From the NCBI GenBank assembly GCA_951406725.2, contig OX597826.1, forward strand, positions 64,046,001 through 64,110,000: a stretch of 64,000 bases of DNA, in the 5' to 3' direction. The translations under genes and the position numbers were made by a program. Each line of letters opens with the position of its first letter. The first letter of the stretch is position 1. Source of the DNA: Octopus vulgaris. Its lineage: Eukaryota. The notes below the pieces were generated by a model. The model ran no database searches. It was not told the DNA's origin and was given only the letters and a program-made list of their open reading frames with translations. Below are positions 12,721 through 26,135 of this stretch, in pieces.

Positions 12721-13613
12721 TGATATACAACTTAACATTGGTGGGGGGAAGAAGAGGTAAAGAGGTAATTTTACTCGTGTGACTTGAAGATTTTACTGCG
12801 ACGAATGGTCACTTGAAACTTTGAATAAAAATTTGTAAAGACCTTTTAGTTTTAATAAACTGTGTATCATTCCACCTTTAGTATTTGCATACTATTTTCC
12901 CACTTTTTATGCGCTTATCTGTGAACACACACACATACAATATGCTCATATATACTTTGTAGCAAGTAAGTGTATAGTCAAACCACAAACATATATATAC
13001 ATACGTTCATATACACATACATACACACAGAAAACCGTAGAAGAATTGTCATGCTATGTAACAGTGAAATATGGATAATAAATTCAGATTGGATATTAAA
13101 TAGCAAGAAAGGCTGTGGGAGGCCGAACACATGAAGCATAGGACATCAAAGGTATATGACGGAAAATGTTAATGAATCGAAGTATATGGAAGAACAATGC
13201 TGTAAGTATAGTCAGTGATAAAAGTTTTGGTTAAAGAAATAGCCAGAGCGGTTCCGAAACATTGGACACCACAGGTGAAATAATCTATCGAAGGAAACCT
13301 CTTCGTGATCGCTCAACTTGCTGAAAATAGCAGAGAAATCTTCCCTATCTCTTAAAATAAAAAGGGAAGGAAAAGCACTAATGTAATCCTAGAGACATTG
13401 TTTCGAAACTTCGGGGTGTTTGATCGATTCAAGTCTGAACAAAAAGGTCAACCAGCAGATTCTCTCGTCCTAAGCCAGCAAGGGGTATTTTTTTTTCTCA
13501 TAATAGAATGAACTTCACAACCACCTTTCCGAAGTTTTATATCTACGTAAAAAAAAAAAATCAATCTATCCTTTCATCTCCTTTTTTTATTCTCTTGTCT
13601 GTCTCTCAAACTT

Positions 13614-13745
<132 letters not shown>

Positions 13746-14346
13746 TATATATGTCTTTCTCTTTCACTTCATAAGCACTCATACTCTTATGTATTTCTTC
13801 TCTTTCACCCGCTATCATTCATTCTAAAGTCCTCCTCTCTTTAATCTTTCACACACAGACACACAAACACACTTCTATTTGTATTACTTCTCTGCTCTTC
13901 ATTCGTTGTCTCTCGTTGTCTTCCGTGTTCACCACTCACATTCACACACAAATATATGCGTAAAATGCACTGTCCAGACGAAACATAACCAGACACAAAG
14001 CTTAATACTGGTTAGGTCAGTAGGTACTGACATAATGTTTAGGGAGCTGTTTCCACTCTCCGCACTAACCCTATCCTTCCCTCAACTAATCAACCAATTA
14101 TTCGGCCAACCGACACAATCTACGCTGCCAATAGTTGGCGGTCTCTCTCATTCTCTTTCTCTTGCTCTTTCTCTCTCTCTCTCTCTTTCTCTTTCTCTTT
14201 CTCTCTCTCTCTCTCTCTCACGCATTTGTTCTCAAACAACCACAGTCATGCACACTCACACAATTTCTCTTACACTCTCTCTTTCTCTCTCATTCTCACA
14301 CGCATACACTTTCTCTCACTTACACATCCTCTCCCTTCATACACAC

Positions 14347-14387
<41 letters not shown>

Positions 14388-16584
14388 CACACACTCTATC
14401 TCTACCTGTCTTTCTATCTTTCCATTTAACTATTTATACATATACACACTCAAACTATCGTTGTCTTTCGTTACTCCATTATATGTCCTTTGACGCTCAC
14501 ACACGGAGAACTCGCCTACACACACCTACACACACACACAATCTCTCTCTTTCTGTCTTTATGTTTCCTTTGTCTTTTCCTCTCTTACAAACCTAACATT
14601 GAGAAATACTAAACACCCCCTCATCACACATACTCAGTGTCTTGTCTGTCAGACTCCTGTTTTATATTGAGAAACAGGAACACATTTTCCCTTTAAGAAT
14701 TCTTATTCTTTAGTGCTTGCTTTCACTCTTTCTTTCTCTCTCTTCCTCTTTGTATTTCGTTCTCTCTCTCTCTCTCTCTCTTTCATTCTATTTTGTCTGA
14801 TTCCACACACAACAAAACATATTCTCTCTCCCTCTCTCTTTCTCTAATCCTTCTCTCTATGACCCTTTTTTAATCATTCTTTCACACCTCACACAACGTA
14901 GTATCTCTTTTTACTTGGTGTGACGTCATATTTTAATATCGACCTTTAACATCGTTAATAAATGCGGAAGATTTCTAAGATCAAAGCAATTACTCAGTCC
15001 CTACCACTTCTCCCAGGCATCACCCCCCACTTTTACCTTAGCGAACCCACCGCCCACCACCACCACCACCACGTCTTCTTCCCCATGTAAACCCACAACT
15101 TATACATTTCAGTATCTTCTTGGACCATACTTCAGCGAACTCTTCTCCTGGCCCCTGAGGGCTTGCGGTGATAGTTATGTTTAGCAGTGATAATGGTGTT
15201 GGTTATATGGTTGGTGTGTGTAAGATGTGTTGTGGGATTCGAAGTGTAGTTAACGACATTTTTTCATGTAGTAAATGAGGTTTACTTGATGTATACAAGA
15301 AACACCCAGATGTACAGCTTCTCCACTTTCTCTTTCCCAATTGCTGGATCGGAAAAACACTCAATTGACGCGAATATACACATCAAACGCAAATTCACGC
15401 ACCACACTAATGCTATTCCTCCCACAAACTCTTCATGTGTATGTGTATATGCGCGCGCGAATTTACTATGCGTGTGTGTGTGTATGTGGGGTGTACTTTT
15501 TTATTTATAGTTCTCTATATATTTATATTTATATGATATACATCCATGCATTGATACTTTTGTATATTTATTTATATTTATGTATTTATTTACTTATATT
15601 CTCTCTATATAGTTATCTATCTACATATATGTATGTATGTATGTATGTATATACAGACTATATATATATGATATACATATATATACTATATATACACATA
15701 TACAGGAAGAGAGTTGTAAAGGGGAAATAAAGGAAAGAAAATTCTGGAAGAACCATCTGTTTATTCCTACTTGTTCCCACAAAATCTCCTTGGAAATGGA
15801 AATCTAGAGATCCCTGTACGTTATAACTACATCGTCTCACGAGAAAACCCTCTACGGAGTCGTTCAACTCGCAAGAAATAACAGACAAATTTCCTTCAAA
15901 TTATATCAGGCTACTTAAAAATAAGGTAAAGACACATTAAAGTAGGGATTCTCTTCAAAATGAGAAGATCGTGAATGGTATGTCTTTGATCATTTGTCTG
16001 TTGGAACAGAATTGACATAGAGACTACACAGCAACAACGTGACTTTCTGAGATTACACAATAGTCGAGAGGTTTTCAAACACGTTTGACTTTGCAAATTG
16101 GCTTGAAGCATAAACTAGATCTTGTAGGCTAGATAAAGGACAATTATTTCTAAAAACTCTATTCATAAGGTAGATCGAAGTCAATGCATAAAGGGAGTCA
16201 ATATACATTATAACAACTTTATTAACAATAAAGAAAGGGAGGAATCTGAAGTGTTGGAAACGTCTGTGTATAGAGAGATGATGGTGATGCTGATGATCAT
16301 AATCATCATCATTTAACGTCCACTTTTCCACACTTGCATGGCGGAATTTGCTGAGGCAGAAATTCTACGGCCAGGTGCCCTTTCTGTCGCCAACCTTCAC
16401 CTGTTCCCAAGAAAAAAGTAATATTTCCCAAGGACACGAACATCATGCTCATTTACAACCAGCACGTGATATCAAGACAAGGGTACACTCAAATACACAC
16501 ACACACGCTCGCATGCATGCACGCACACACACGCATACACACACAAACACAAACACACGTGCGCACGCATATATGTATATGCTA

Positions 16585-16683
16585 GATTTCTTTCAGTTTC
16601 CATCAACCAAATGCATTCACGAGGTTTTAGTTGGCCCAGGATTATAGCAGAAGACACTTGGGGGGACAAACACAGACACACAA

Positions 16684-16768
<85 letters not shown>

Positions 16769-16920
16769 GATTCTTTCAGTTTCCGTTTACCAAATCCACT
16801 CACAAGGCTTTGGTCGGCCCGAGGCTATAGTAGAAGACACTTGCCCAAGGTGCCACACAGTGGGACTGAACCCGGAACCATGTGGTTCGTAAGCAAGCTA
16901 CTTACCACACAGCCACTCCT
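16585..16920 (-). mobile_element. SINE family A, two partial copies
   Basis: Head and body matches separated by CA/TA repeats. Confidence 0.8.
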
Positions 16921-17515
16921 ATACTTATATGTGAGGAAATATGCCTTTGCCTATTGAAATATGTGAGGAAAATTCCTCCACATGGTATACATATAATTTT
17001 GTAAGTAAAATCTTTTACTTATAATGAGAATGAAGATTAGAAAGTGTCCAAATGAATATAGAAAGTCCATGAGTAGCTTAATCCTACATACAAAACTTGC
17101 ACGCTTTTGGTTGCATATCCTTTCACTAACATTCATATCACTACAGCCCTTATGGGCTCCAACACTAAATGCTTGCTAGTGTTATATGATTTGTAAATCA
17201 TGATTTCTTGAGTTCAGTTTCACTGTGCAGCAAGGTGTAGCTGTGGCTGTATGGCGAAGAAGCTTGCTTCTGAACTGTGTGGTCTCGGGTTCAGTCCCAC
17301 TGCACGGCACATTGGGCAAATGTCTTCAACTGTAACCTCTAGCCAACCAAAGTCTTATGAGTGGATATCGTGTATCTACTGTTTTTACCTCGCTCAGAGG
17401 TTTATTATTGCTTGTTTCCACTTTTCTGAGATCAGTAACTTTTCGTCTCTGGAAAAAGTATATATATATATTTATTTATATTGAGAACCACTTCCTATCG
17501 CCAACCGGTGGTTGT

Positions 17516-17560
17516 CACATGCTGATGATGGATCAATATTCAGAAACCCGGGTCCGTGTG
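17516..17560 (+). ncRNA. Minimal type I hammerhead ribozyme, canonical core, GUC site after 17554
   Basis: Stem I CACAUG/CGUGUG; CUGAUGA; stem II UGGAU-caau-AUUCA; GAAA; palindromic stem III ACCCGGGU; GUC. Confidence 0.85.
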
Positions 17561-17799
17561 TATCACGTCAGGCTGCAGAGGGGAATGATTACTTCCCTTT
17601 GCAAATACTGATAGGGCACAGACGGTGTGTCAATAGCCAGCTGGAGGAGATGTCTTCCTGGGGCTACAAGCTACAGTAGCATCAACCCTTAAGGGTTAGC
17701 CACATTTAGGTGGCAAATATACTTCACAATGTTGTGCAGCTACTGTTTATATCTCGCTCAGAGATTTATTATTGATTTATACATATTTACACATATTTA

Positions 17800-17992
17800 A
17801 TGGATGGCAATTGACTGCTCACGAGTTCCTCAGCCCTTTGATGAGTCTTCTTTTTCATCCTGAAGGGTGTCCGACAATCACCCTCCTCACCAAGCAGGCC
17901 TGGTAGGGTTGCCAGTTTAGTCACCGATGACCCAACCATGCAACAGGTTGTACTGGATTACATGTTACCAGTAGCACTCAAGAGTGACCTGA
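17800..17992 (-). mobile_element. Probable RTE 5'UTR fragment
   Basis: Resembles RTE 5'UTRs as recalled (ggtgaggagggt...aaagggctgagga); no ORF. Confidence 0.4.
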
Positions 17993-18148
17993 CATACATA
18001 CATACACACATACATACATACATACATACATACATACATACATACATACACATACGCATACATACATACATACATACATACATACATACATACATACATA
18101 CATACATACATACATACATACATACATACCCATACATGTATACATACA
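17992..18148. repeat. (CATA)n microsatellite
   Basis: Seen directly. Confidence 0.95.
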
Positions 18149-18682
18149 GACAGATAGATTGAAGAACAGGAATGGGTATGTGTGTAGTTAAGAAGTTTAG
18201 ATCTTTTCTTTTTGATGGACGGATCTCCACCACATGGTTTTGTGTTCAGTCCCACTTCATGGCTCTTCAAGTATGCATCTTCTACTATGAGTGTGTGTGT
18301 GTAATGACACACGTGCTTTTCTCGGACTATTCTTTTCTTTCTCTCTGGACATTTCCCTCTTTCCTCTTTCTAACAAAAAGCCATGCTTGAAATGCAATAC
18401 CCCAACCCCTGCTTTTTTTCCTTTCTAAACTTTCTCTGAACGTCAGTCTGATACTTTCACTATGTGCATCTTTTTGACTCGTGTTATTTTTCCTGATTTT
18501 TTTTTTATTTTCGATTTGCTTATATTTATTATATACGTCTCGTGGAGTGGTTGGCGTTAGGAAGGGCATCCAGCTGTAGAAACTATGCCAGATCAGACTG
18601 GGCCTGGTGCAGCCTTCTGGCTTCCCAGACCCCAGTTAAACTGTCCAACCCTAGCATGGAAAGCGGACGTTAAACGATGATG

Positions 18683-18720
<38 letters not shown>

Positions 18721-19055
18721 CTTGTTTTTTTTTGTACTTGTTTCAGTTATTGGAATGCAACCATGCTGGGACACCACCTTGAAGGGTTTAATCAAACAAA
18801 TCAACCCCAGTACATTATTTTTTAAAGTCTCGTACTTACTGTTCTGGTCTATTTTACCAAACTGCTAAGTTACAAGGAAGTAAACAAACCAACACCAGTT
18901 GTCAAATGCTGGGAGAAGACACAAACACAAAGACATTCACACTTATACACATATACATGTATATGGCAAGATTTTCCCACAGCTTCCCTCTACCAAATTC
19001 AGTCACAAGGCATGACACCTGCTCAAGGTACTGCACTGTAAGACTGAACCTGAAG

Positions 19056-20084
19056 TGGCAAGCTGGCAGAAATGTTAGCACACTGGGCGAAATGCTAAGC
19101 GGTATTTCATCTGCTACTACGTACTGAGTTTTATTAAAAAAAGGCAGCGAGCTGGCAGAATTGTTAGCATGCCGGGTGAAATGCTTAGCGGTATTTCGTC
19201 TGCCGTTACGTTCTAAGTTCAAATTCCGCCGAGGTCGACTTTACCTTTCATCCTTTTGGGGTCAGTTAAATAAGTACCTATTTCTTTATTACCCACAAGG
19301 GGCTAAACACAGAGGGGACAAACAAGGATAGACATAGGTATTAAGTCGATTACATCGACCCCAGTGTGTAACTGGTACTTAATTTATCGACCCCGAAAGG
19401 ATGAAAGGCAAAGTCGACCTCGGCAGAATTTGAACTCAGAACTCCTTGGCTTCAGGTTCAGTCTTATTTCTTTATTGCCCACAAGGGGCTAAACACAGAG
19501 GGGACAAACAGGGACAGACGAACGGATTAAGTCGATGAGATCGATTCCAGTGCGTAACTGGTACTTATTTTACTGACGGCGAGCTGGCAGAAACGTTAGC
19601 ATGCCGGGCGAAATGCTTAGCAGTATTTCGTCTGCGTTACGTTCTGAGTTCAAATTCCGCCGAGGTCGACTTTGCCTTTCATCCTTTCGGGGTCGATAAA
19701 TTAAGTACCAGTTACGCACTGGGGTCGATGTAATCGACTTAATACCTATTTCTTTATTACCCACAAGGGGCTAAACACAGAGGGGACAAACAAGGACAGA
19801 CATAGGTATTAAGTCGATTACATCGACCCCAGTGCGTAACTGGTACTTAATTTATCGACCCCGAAAGGATGAAAGGCAAAGTCGACCTCGGCGGAATTTG
19901 AACTCAGAACGTAACGCAGATGAAATACCGCTAAGCATTTCGCCCGGCGTGCTAACGTTTCTGCCAGCTCACCATCAGTTAAATAAGTACCAGTTACGCA
20001 CTGGGGTCGATCTCATCGACTTAATCCGTTTGTCTGCCCCTTTTTGTCCCCTCTGTGTTTAGCCCCTTGTGGGTAGTAAAGAAA
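19056..20084. mobile_element. Compound cluster of family-B SINEs nested in a family-A SINE
   Basis: Several ggcgagctggcaga...gactttgcctttcatcctttcggggtcgataaa copies in both orientations; flanking direct repeat taagactga(a/g)cctgaag at 19039-19055 and 20085-20101. Confidence 0.85.
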
Positions 20085-20493
20085 TAAGACTGAGCCTGAA
20101 GCCAAGGAGTTGCAAAAAATGAGCTTCTAAACCACACAGCCATAACTGTGCCTCTAATAATAATACAAAAAAATGTAACAGCAAGCAATTCCTTGTTAGT
20201 CATGTAACTTGGCAAATTAAATAGTCATAACTTTATATATATATATATATATAGTCAAAAATTGTGAAGCATGACTGTCACCACTACTACATGAACCTGA
20301 AAATTGCAGAATGTAATGCATGAAAGTACTAGTTCAATCAGAATGAACATTAAACATTCTACTATTTTATTTTATTCTATTCTATTATATTATCTTATAT
20401 TATATCATTATAAGATTGTAAATAAAACGTGAAAATCAAACAAGGTTGGAATTCCTTTTATTAATATATTCTTCTATACACAATCACATACAC

Positions 20494-20558
<65 letters not shown>

Positions 20559-21041
20559 AGAAATGATTATGACATACATATCAGAAGTTTGAAATGAGCT
20601 GCGCTATAAATGACAAGGTTAAAACGAATTAAAATTTTGCCATTTGACAAGCATTGAATAGAATTTAGAATGAATGGTTGGAGAACTGATGAATATTAGC
20701 TGTCAGAGGCTCTAATGTAACAGTAGATTCCATAGTTGGGGAACTCATTAATATTATTAGCTGTCATGGGCTCTGATGTTACACTTGCTTCCATTTGTGT
20801 TTATTAGGGAACATCCTGTGGTGGGGCTGGCCTGAAACAGCTGAAGATGAGATCAATAGTTTTCTTCAGTCTGACTGCTATAGATTAGTTAGCTGTTGGT
20901 TGATGACAATATAACTGCATTGGTTAAGAATAGTCAAGACATGAGAATTCAATTTGAGCATGACAACCGAAAAAGAAAAAAATTCCAGACTTAACCATTT
21001 CTAATATAAGTATGTATCTGTTGTTGTTTGTGTTGCTTTAA

Positions 21042-21263
21042 CCCTTTTGTTATTGTATTTCTGTTGAGATGTTCTGTGTTTCTTTCAATTAATTTTAAAT
21101 ATAACAAAGAATTTGATAAAATAACTTAGTTACCATTAAGCTGGTGTTAGGAACATAAATTGTGACTAAGGTTTGGTGGAAGATTTTAATTCGAAACTTA
21201 TGAAAACAAGACATTTGTATTACAGAGCCAGAGGTGGGTTCAGCCGGGTTGGTATCGAAAGGG
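21042..21263. mobile_element. piggyBac-type MITE
   Basis: TTAA|CCCTTT...AAAGGG|TTAA termini. Confidence 0.75.
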
Positions 21264-21399
21264 TTAAAGCGACTTAGTTAAAAAAAGAGAATTAAACAAG
21301 TACTTAAAAGAGAAGTCAAAACAAAATAAAAGAAATATGAGGTGAGGAAACAACAAACAAAGCTAATATACCTGAAGAATATGACAAGATAAAGAAAGT

Positions 21400-21930
21400 T
21401 TTCCCAATTAAGCACAAGTTCTGCAGCTGCCTTACCACTATTGCCCAACCAGTTCTTGATATTGTCTATGCATTGTGTTCTTTGCTTACCTCTTCATCAA
21501 CTGCTCGTTGCTATTCTTTCCATGATAATATTTTCCAAACATCTGCTTTTTCGTATATGACCATAATAGATGAGCTTTCATTTTATTACATCTTTTGTGT
21601 ATTTGTTATGACACACATTCAGTTGTCCAATGATCCATGTAAGATACTCTTAAAATTCCCCTCTATACCCACATTTCAAATGCATTGATTATGTTCTCTT
21701 CAAATTTGTTCAGAGATCATGCTTCACAACCATGAAAATGACTATTGGCCAAATGAGCGCTTGTACCAGCCCCGTTTTTAACTTAGGTGAGACACTTTTC
21801 TGGTCCAGATGTTATTATGTTTTTCTATGGATGTTCTTGCCAGGGCTAGCCATATCTTATTTTTTTTCTTACATGTGGTTTCATCAGAGATTCAGACTCC
21901 AAGATACTTGTGCAATTCAACCTGTTCGAT
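21400..21930 (-). mobile_element. Decayed RTE LINE 3' coding fragment
   Basis: KYLGV...KTGLVQALIWPIV..GCEA*SLNK..INAFEMWV*RGILRVSY pattern of the RTE C-terminal region. Confidence 0.75.
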
Positions 21931-22090
21931 GACAATGATGAGGATGATGATAGTGATGGTGGTGGTGGTAATGATGGTGATGATGATGATATATATATAT
22001 ATATATATATAGCTGATGATATATATATATATATATATAGCTGCTGATATATATATATATATATATATATATAGCTGATGATATATATAT

Positions 22091-22476
22091 AAGGTGGTGA
22101 ACTGGCAGAAATGTTAGCATGCCGGGTGAAATGCTTAACGGTATTTCGTCTGCCGCTACGTTGTGAGTTCAAATTCCACCGAGGTCAACTTTGCCTTTCA
22201 TCCTTTTGGGGTCGATAAATTAAGTACCAGTTATGCACTGAGGCCGATGTAATCAACTTATCCGTTTGTCTGTCCTTGTTTGTCCTCTCTGTGTTTAGCT
22301 CCTTGTGGGTAGTAAAGAAATAGGTATTTCATCTGCCGCTATGTTCTGAGGTCGACTTTGCCTTTCATCCTTTCAGGGTCAATTATAATCTACTATATCC
22401 ATATAATCTACTATATCCATTTGTCTGTCCTTGTTTGTCCTCTCTGTGTTTAGCCCCTTGTGGGTAGTAAAGAAAT
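22091..22476 (+). mobile_element. Tandem family-B SINE copies
   Basis: One full copy plus one 5'-truncated copy. Confidence 0.85.
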
Positions 22477-23283
22477 ATATATATATATATACAGCTGCTA
22501 GATATTTTAAGTTTTCTAACTTAATATATTTCTTTGTAAGACATTTTGGAGATATTTCCTCTATCTTGACAAGACAGGATGTTTTGCAGTTGTTATAAAC
22601 ATTTGTGTCATTCCACTTGTACATTCTGTTCGTTTTATGTCCCTCTCATTGTGGTCAAGCCAGCTGCTATTTGTAACAAGGATTCACAGAAACCTGTCTC
22701 TTTCAACAGCAGCTGGAGAAATGTATTGTTGCAAAAATATCTTGATATCCCAGTAGAGTTACAGTAAGGGAAATATAAGCATATTTTCTTTGTATGAGTA
22801 TATCTTATATTGACTCTTTATATGAGTATATCTTATATTGACTCTTTCTGTTATTTATTTCACATAGACATTGCTTATAACTTCAACTAGTTTCTTATTA
22901 GTTATCGCACACTCAATAAATAATGCCCCAAACAAATTAAGAAATTAAATTGAGCCATGTGGAGGTCAATATTTCTAGTTACTACACACACACACACACA
23001 CACAATAACCTTTCTGGGAATATCAAGATGTTTCTGCCATATCATTGTCATCATCATAATATAATGACTGCCATCCATGCTTGTAAGGGTTGGACAGTTT
23101 TATGGTATCCAATAACTTGGAATTCTGTGACAAGATCCAGTATCTATTCTGGCATGGTTTCTATAGCTTCATAATGCCAACCACTTTACAGAATGTACTG
23201 GTACTCTTTTCTTGAACCAGCACTAGTAAGGCTGTCAAGTAGCTAGCAAGATAAAGAAAGGACTTCGCAACAGAATGGAGTTG

Positions 23284-23334
<51 letters not shown>

Positions 23335-23647
23335 GAAATATGTTACAAATATATATATATATATACATAGATATGTGTGTATATATATTATTTTAACATA
23401 CACTTTTCTATGCTTGCATGGTTTGGGGACACACACACACACGCGCACACACACACACACACGCATGCACACACACACATGCACACATACACACACAGAG
23501 TTTGGGCGTACAAATGTGAGGAAAAGTACTCAGTATATGATATAGAAGTTTATTTATTTGAACAAATGATTTTCCGTTTGTTGCCTAAATAAATACATGT
23601 ACGCACAGTTGCAGAGGGAGTGAATCATCAGCTGCAAATAATATATA

Positions 23648-23717
<70 letters not shown>

Positions 23718-23763
23718 CACATATACAAATATATATATACACATCCATACATATACATATATA

Positions 23764-23797
<34 letters not shown>

Positions 23798-23808
23798 CAC
23801 AAAGAGAG

Positions 23809-23913
23809 AGAGAGGAGAGAGAGTAACACAACAATCTTTGTACTGAGAGGAGAGAGAGTAACACAACAATCTTTGTACTGAGAGGAGAGAGAGTAACACA
23901 ACAATCTTTGTAC
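23809..23913. repeat. 35-bp tandem repeat, three copies
   Basis: gagaggagagagagtaacacaacaatctttgtact x3. Confidence 0.9.
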
Positions 23914-24050
23914 TATCTCCAAAATGTCATTAGCAACAATGTTGATTATTTTGTTTCTGTTATGTATTTCTAAAAAATCATTTAAAATAATCTGTGGACT
24001 TTGCTTCTCTTCTCTGAAATCCTACAATTTCTTCTCTCTCTCTCTCACTC

Positions 24051-24119
<69 letters not shown>

Positions 24120-24616
24120 ATGTATGTATGTATGTATGTATGTATGTATGTATGTATGTATCTAACTACCTATCTATCTATCCATCTATCTATCTATCTA
24201 ATCTATCTCTTACTATCTCCCTTTCAGTTTTTTTTATCTCTTCCCCACCATTTCACCATAACAACATATTCAAATGAACTCTTGTGCCACTGTTACCATT
24301 TCACAACAGTACCAGCACCGTTCCATGGATAATCTCATATTTGCATAGGTAAAGCTCTTTCCCCTCTGGGCAGTAAACCAAAGCACTCAATCCCTTCTCC
24401 ATATCTTTATTCTTCCAGTTATACACAAGACCTTTTTACAGAGCCCTGATTTCACAATGAACTTTTTATCACTAATGGCTTCATTTAACCGATTTGCAAA
24501 TTCTAAAAGACATTGTCTTTCTTTTGCATCTTTTCCTCTTCAATTGTCACACATTTTTCCCCTCTTCAACCTTCGTTCTCTCTCCTATTTTTTATTTCTC
24601 TCCCCCTCCCCTTTAT

Positions 24617-24658
<42 letters not shown>

Positions 24659-24697
24659 CACACACACACAATTTTGACAGTATTGTTGCTTATGATA

Positions 24698-24748
<51 letters not shown>

Positions 24749-24795
24749 GCAGACATATATATGACAATATTGCTTATGTAAGTATGTATGTATAT

Positions 24796-24835
<40 letters not shown>

Positions 24836-25216
24836 TTATGTATGTATATATATATGTGTATGTTTGTATATATATATATATGTGTGTGTGTGTATATATC
24901 TATATATGTGCATGTATGTGTGTGTTTGTATCACTGTCTCTTTCTCACCCAGTGTCTTGAAATTTTTCTATTTATATCTTGTCTTTCTTTTCCTCTTCCT
25001 CTCTATTTTTCTCCATTATATACTCTCAATAGGTTAATTGGCAGGAAAATATGAAGAAACGAAAAAGAATGATAAGGAAACAGGCATGATATTTAACATT
25101 AGTACAGTTTGGAGAAGGTCTTCTATCCTGAGGCATCGTTTATTCTGATGTTTTGCCAAATTCAGTGCAGTGGGGCATTTCTGTGCAAAGAGCAGGGGAT
25201 GAGGATAATAATGATA

Positions 25217-25272
<56 letters not shown>

Positions 25273-26010
25273 TAATGTGAGAGAGGCGATATGAAAAATG
25301 GACATTGATTATGTATAAAGAAATTCTGTCACCACCACCACCACGACCACCACCACTGATCTTTATGCACCCCTACCATCTCATCCTCCTACATCAAGCA
25401 TGTGCATTGCTTTGATGTCAGCCTCTCAGGAGACTCTGATTAATAGGGGACACATGCATGACCAACGAGACTATTAAATAACAGAATAGAAGAAGGGTAG
25501 GGGGGTTCCTGTGGTTGTGGTGAGGGTGTGAGAGTGAGAAGCCCCCTAAATACCCCTTGAAAAAGTTTACTAATGGTATCTATCAATCATCCGTCTCGTA
25601 GAAAGCATGCCTTAACCATTGGAAATAAGTTATTCTTAATGAAATCTCAGCAACTTAGTCAGAAATGAGCCAACGTGAAGAGAGAGAGAGAGAGAGGGTA
25701 AGAAAGAAATATTTTCTTTAATATCAATGAGGAATTTATGTGTGTGTGTGTATACAAACGTATCTAAATACACACACATGCACATATAGCTCATATAGCT
25801 ATAAAAACATACAAACACACACATATGTACATATATAAATATATGAATACATATAAACATATATAATATATAGGGAGATGTACTTGCATAGCAAGTGATT
25901 TGATCTGAGATCGTGTGCTGAAACGAAAACAATTTCAGCGTGGAAGGTGTTTGTAAGCCATTTAAGAAACACACAAAGGCCGTTCGATTCACTTCAACAT
26001 TTAAGTTTAA

Positions 26011-26061
26011 TTTGTCAAAATATTTTCGTCGCTTTAAGACCGCAACCTGTTCACTGACAAA
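26011..26061 (-). ncRNA. Minimal type I hammerhead with G3-C8 covariant core (GUGAACA)
   Basis: Stem I UUUGUCA/UGACAAA (7 bp); GUGAACA plus extra G; stem II GUUGC/GCGAC; GAAA; palindromic AAUAUU; UUU triplet. Confidence 0.7.
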
Positions 26062-26098
26062 AATCTGTGCTGCATCTGAGAAAGTAACAGTTAGTTCG

Positions 26099-26135
<37 letters not shown>

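Noticed and set aside
13879-14596. 204-aa and 153-aa SL/HT-rich ORFs
   Set aside because: Driven by CT/CA repeats; no domain recognised.
23809-23913. CRISPR-like 35-bp repeats
   Set aside because: Directly tandem with no spacers, eukaryotic context, no cas genes.
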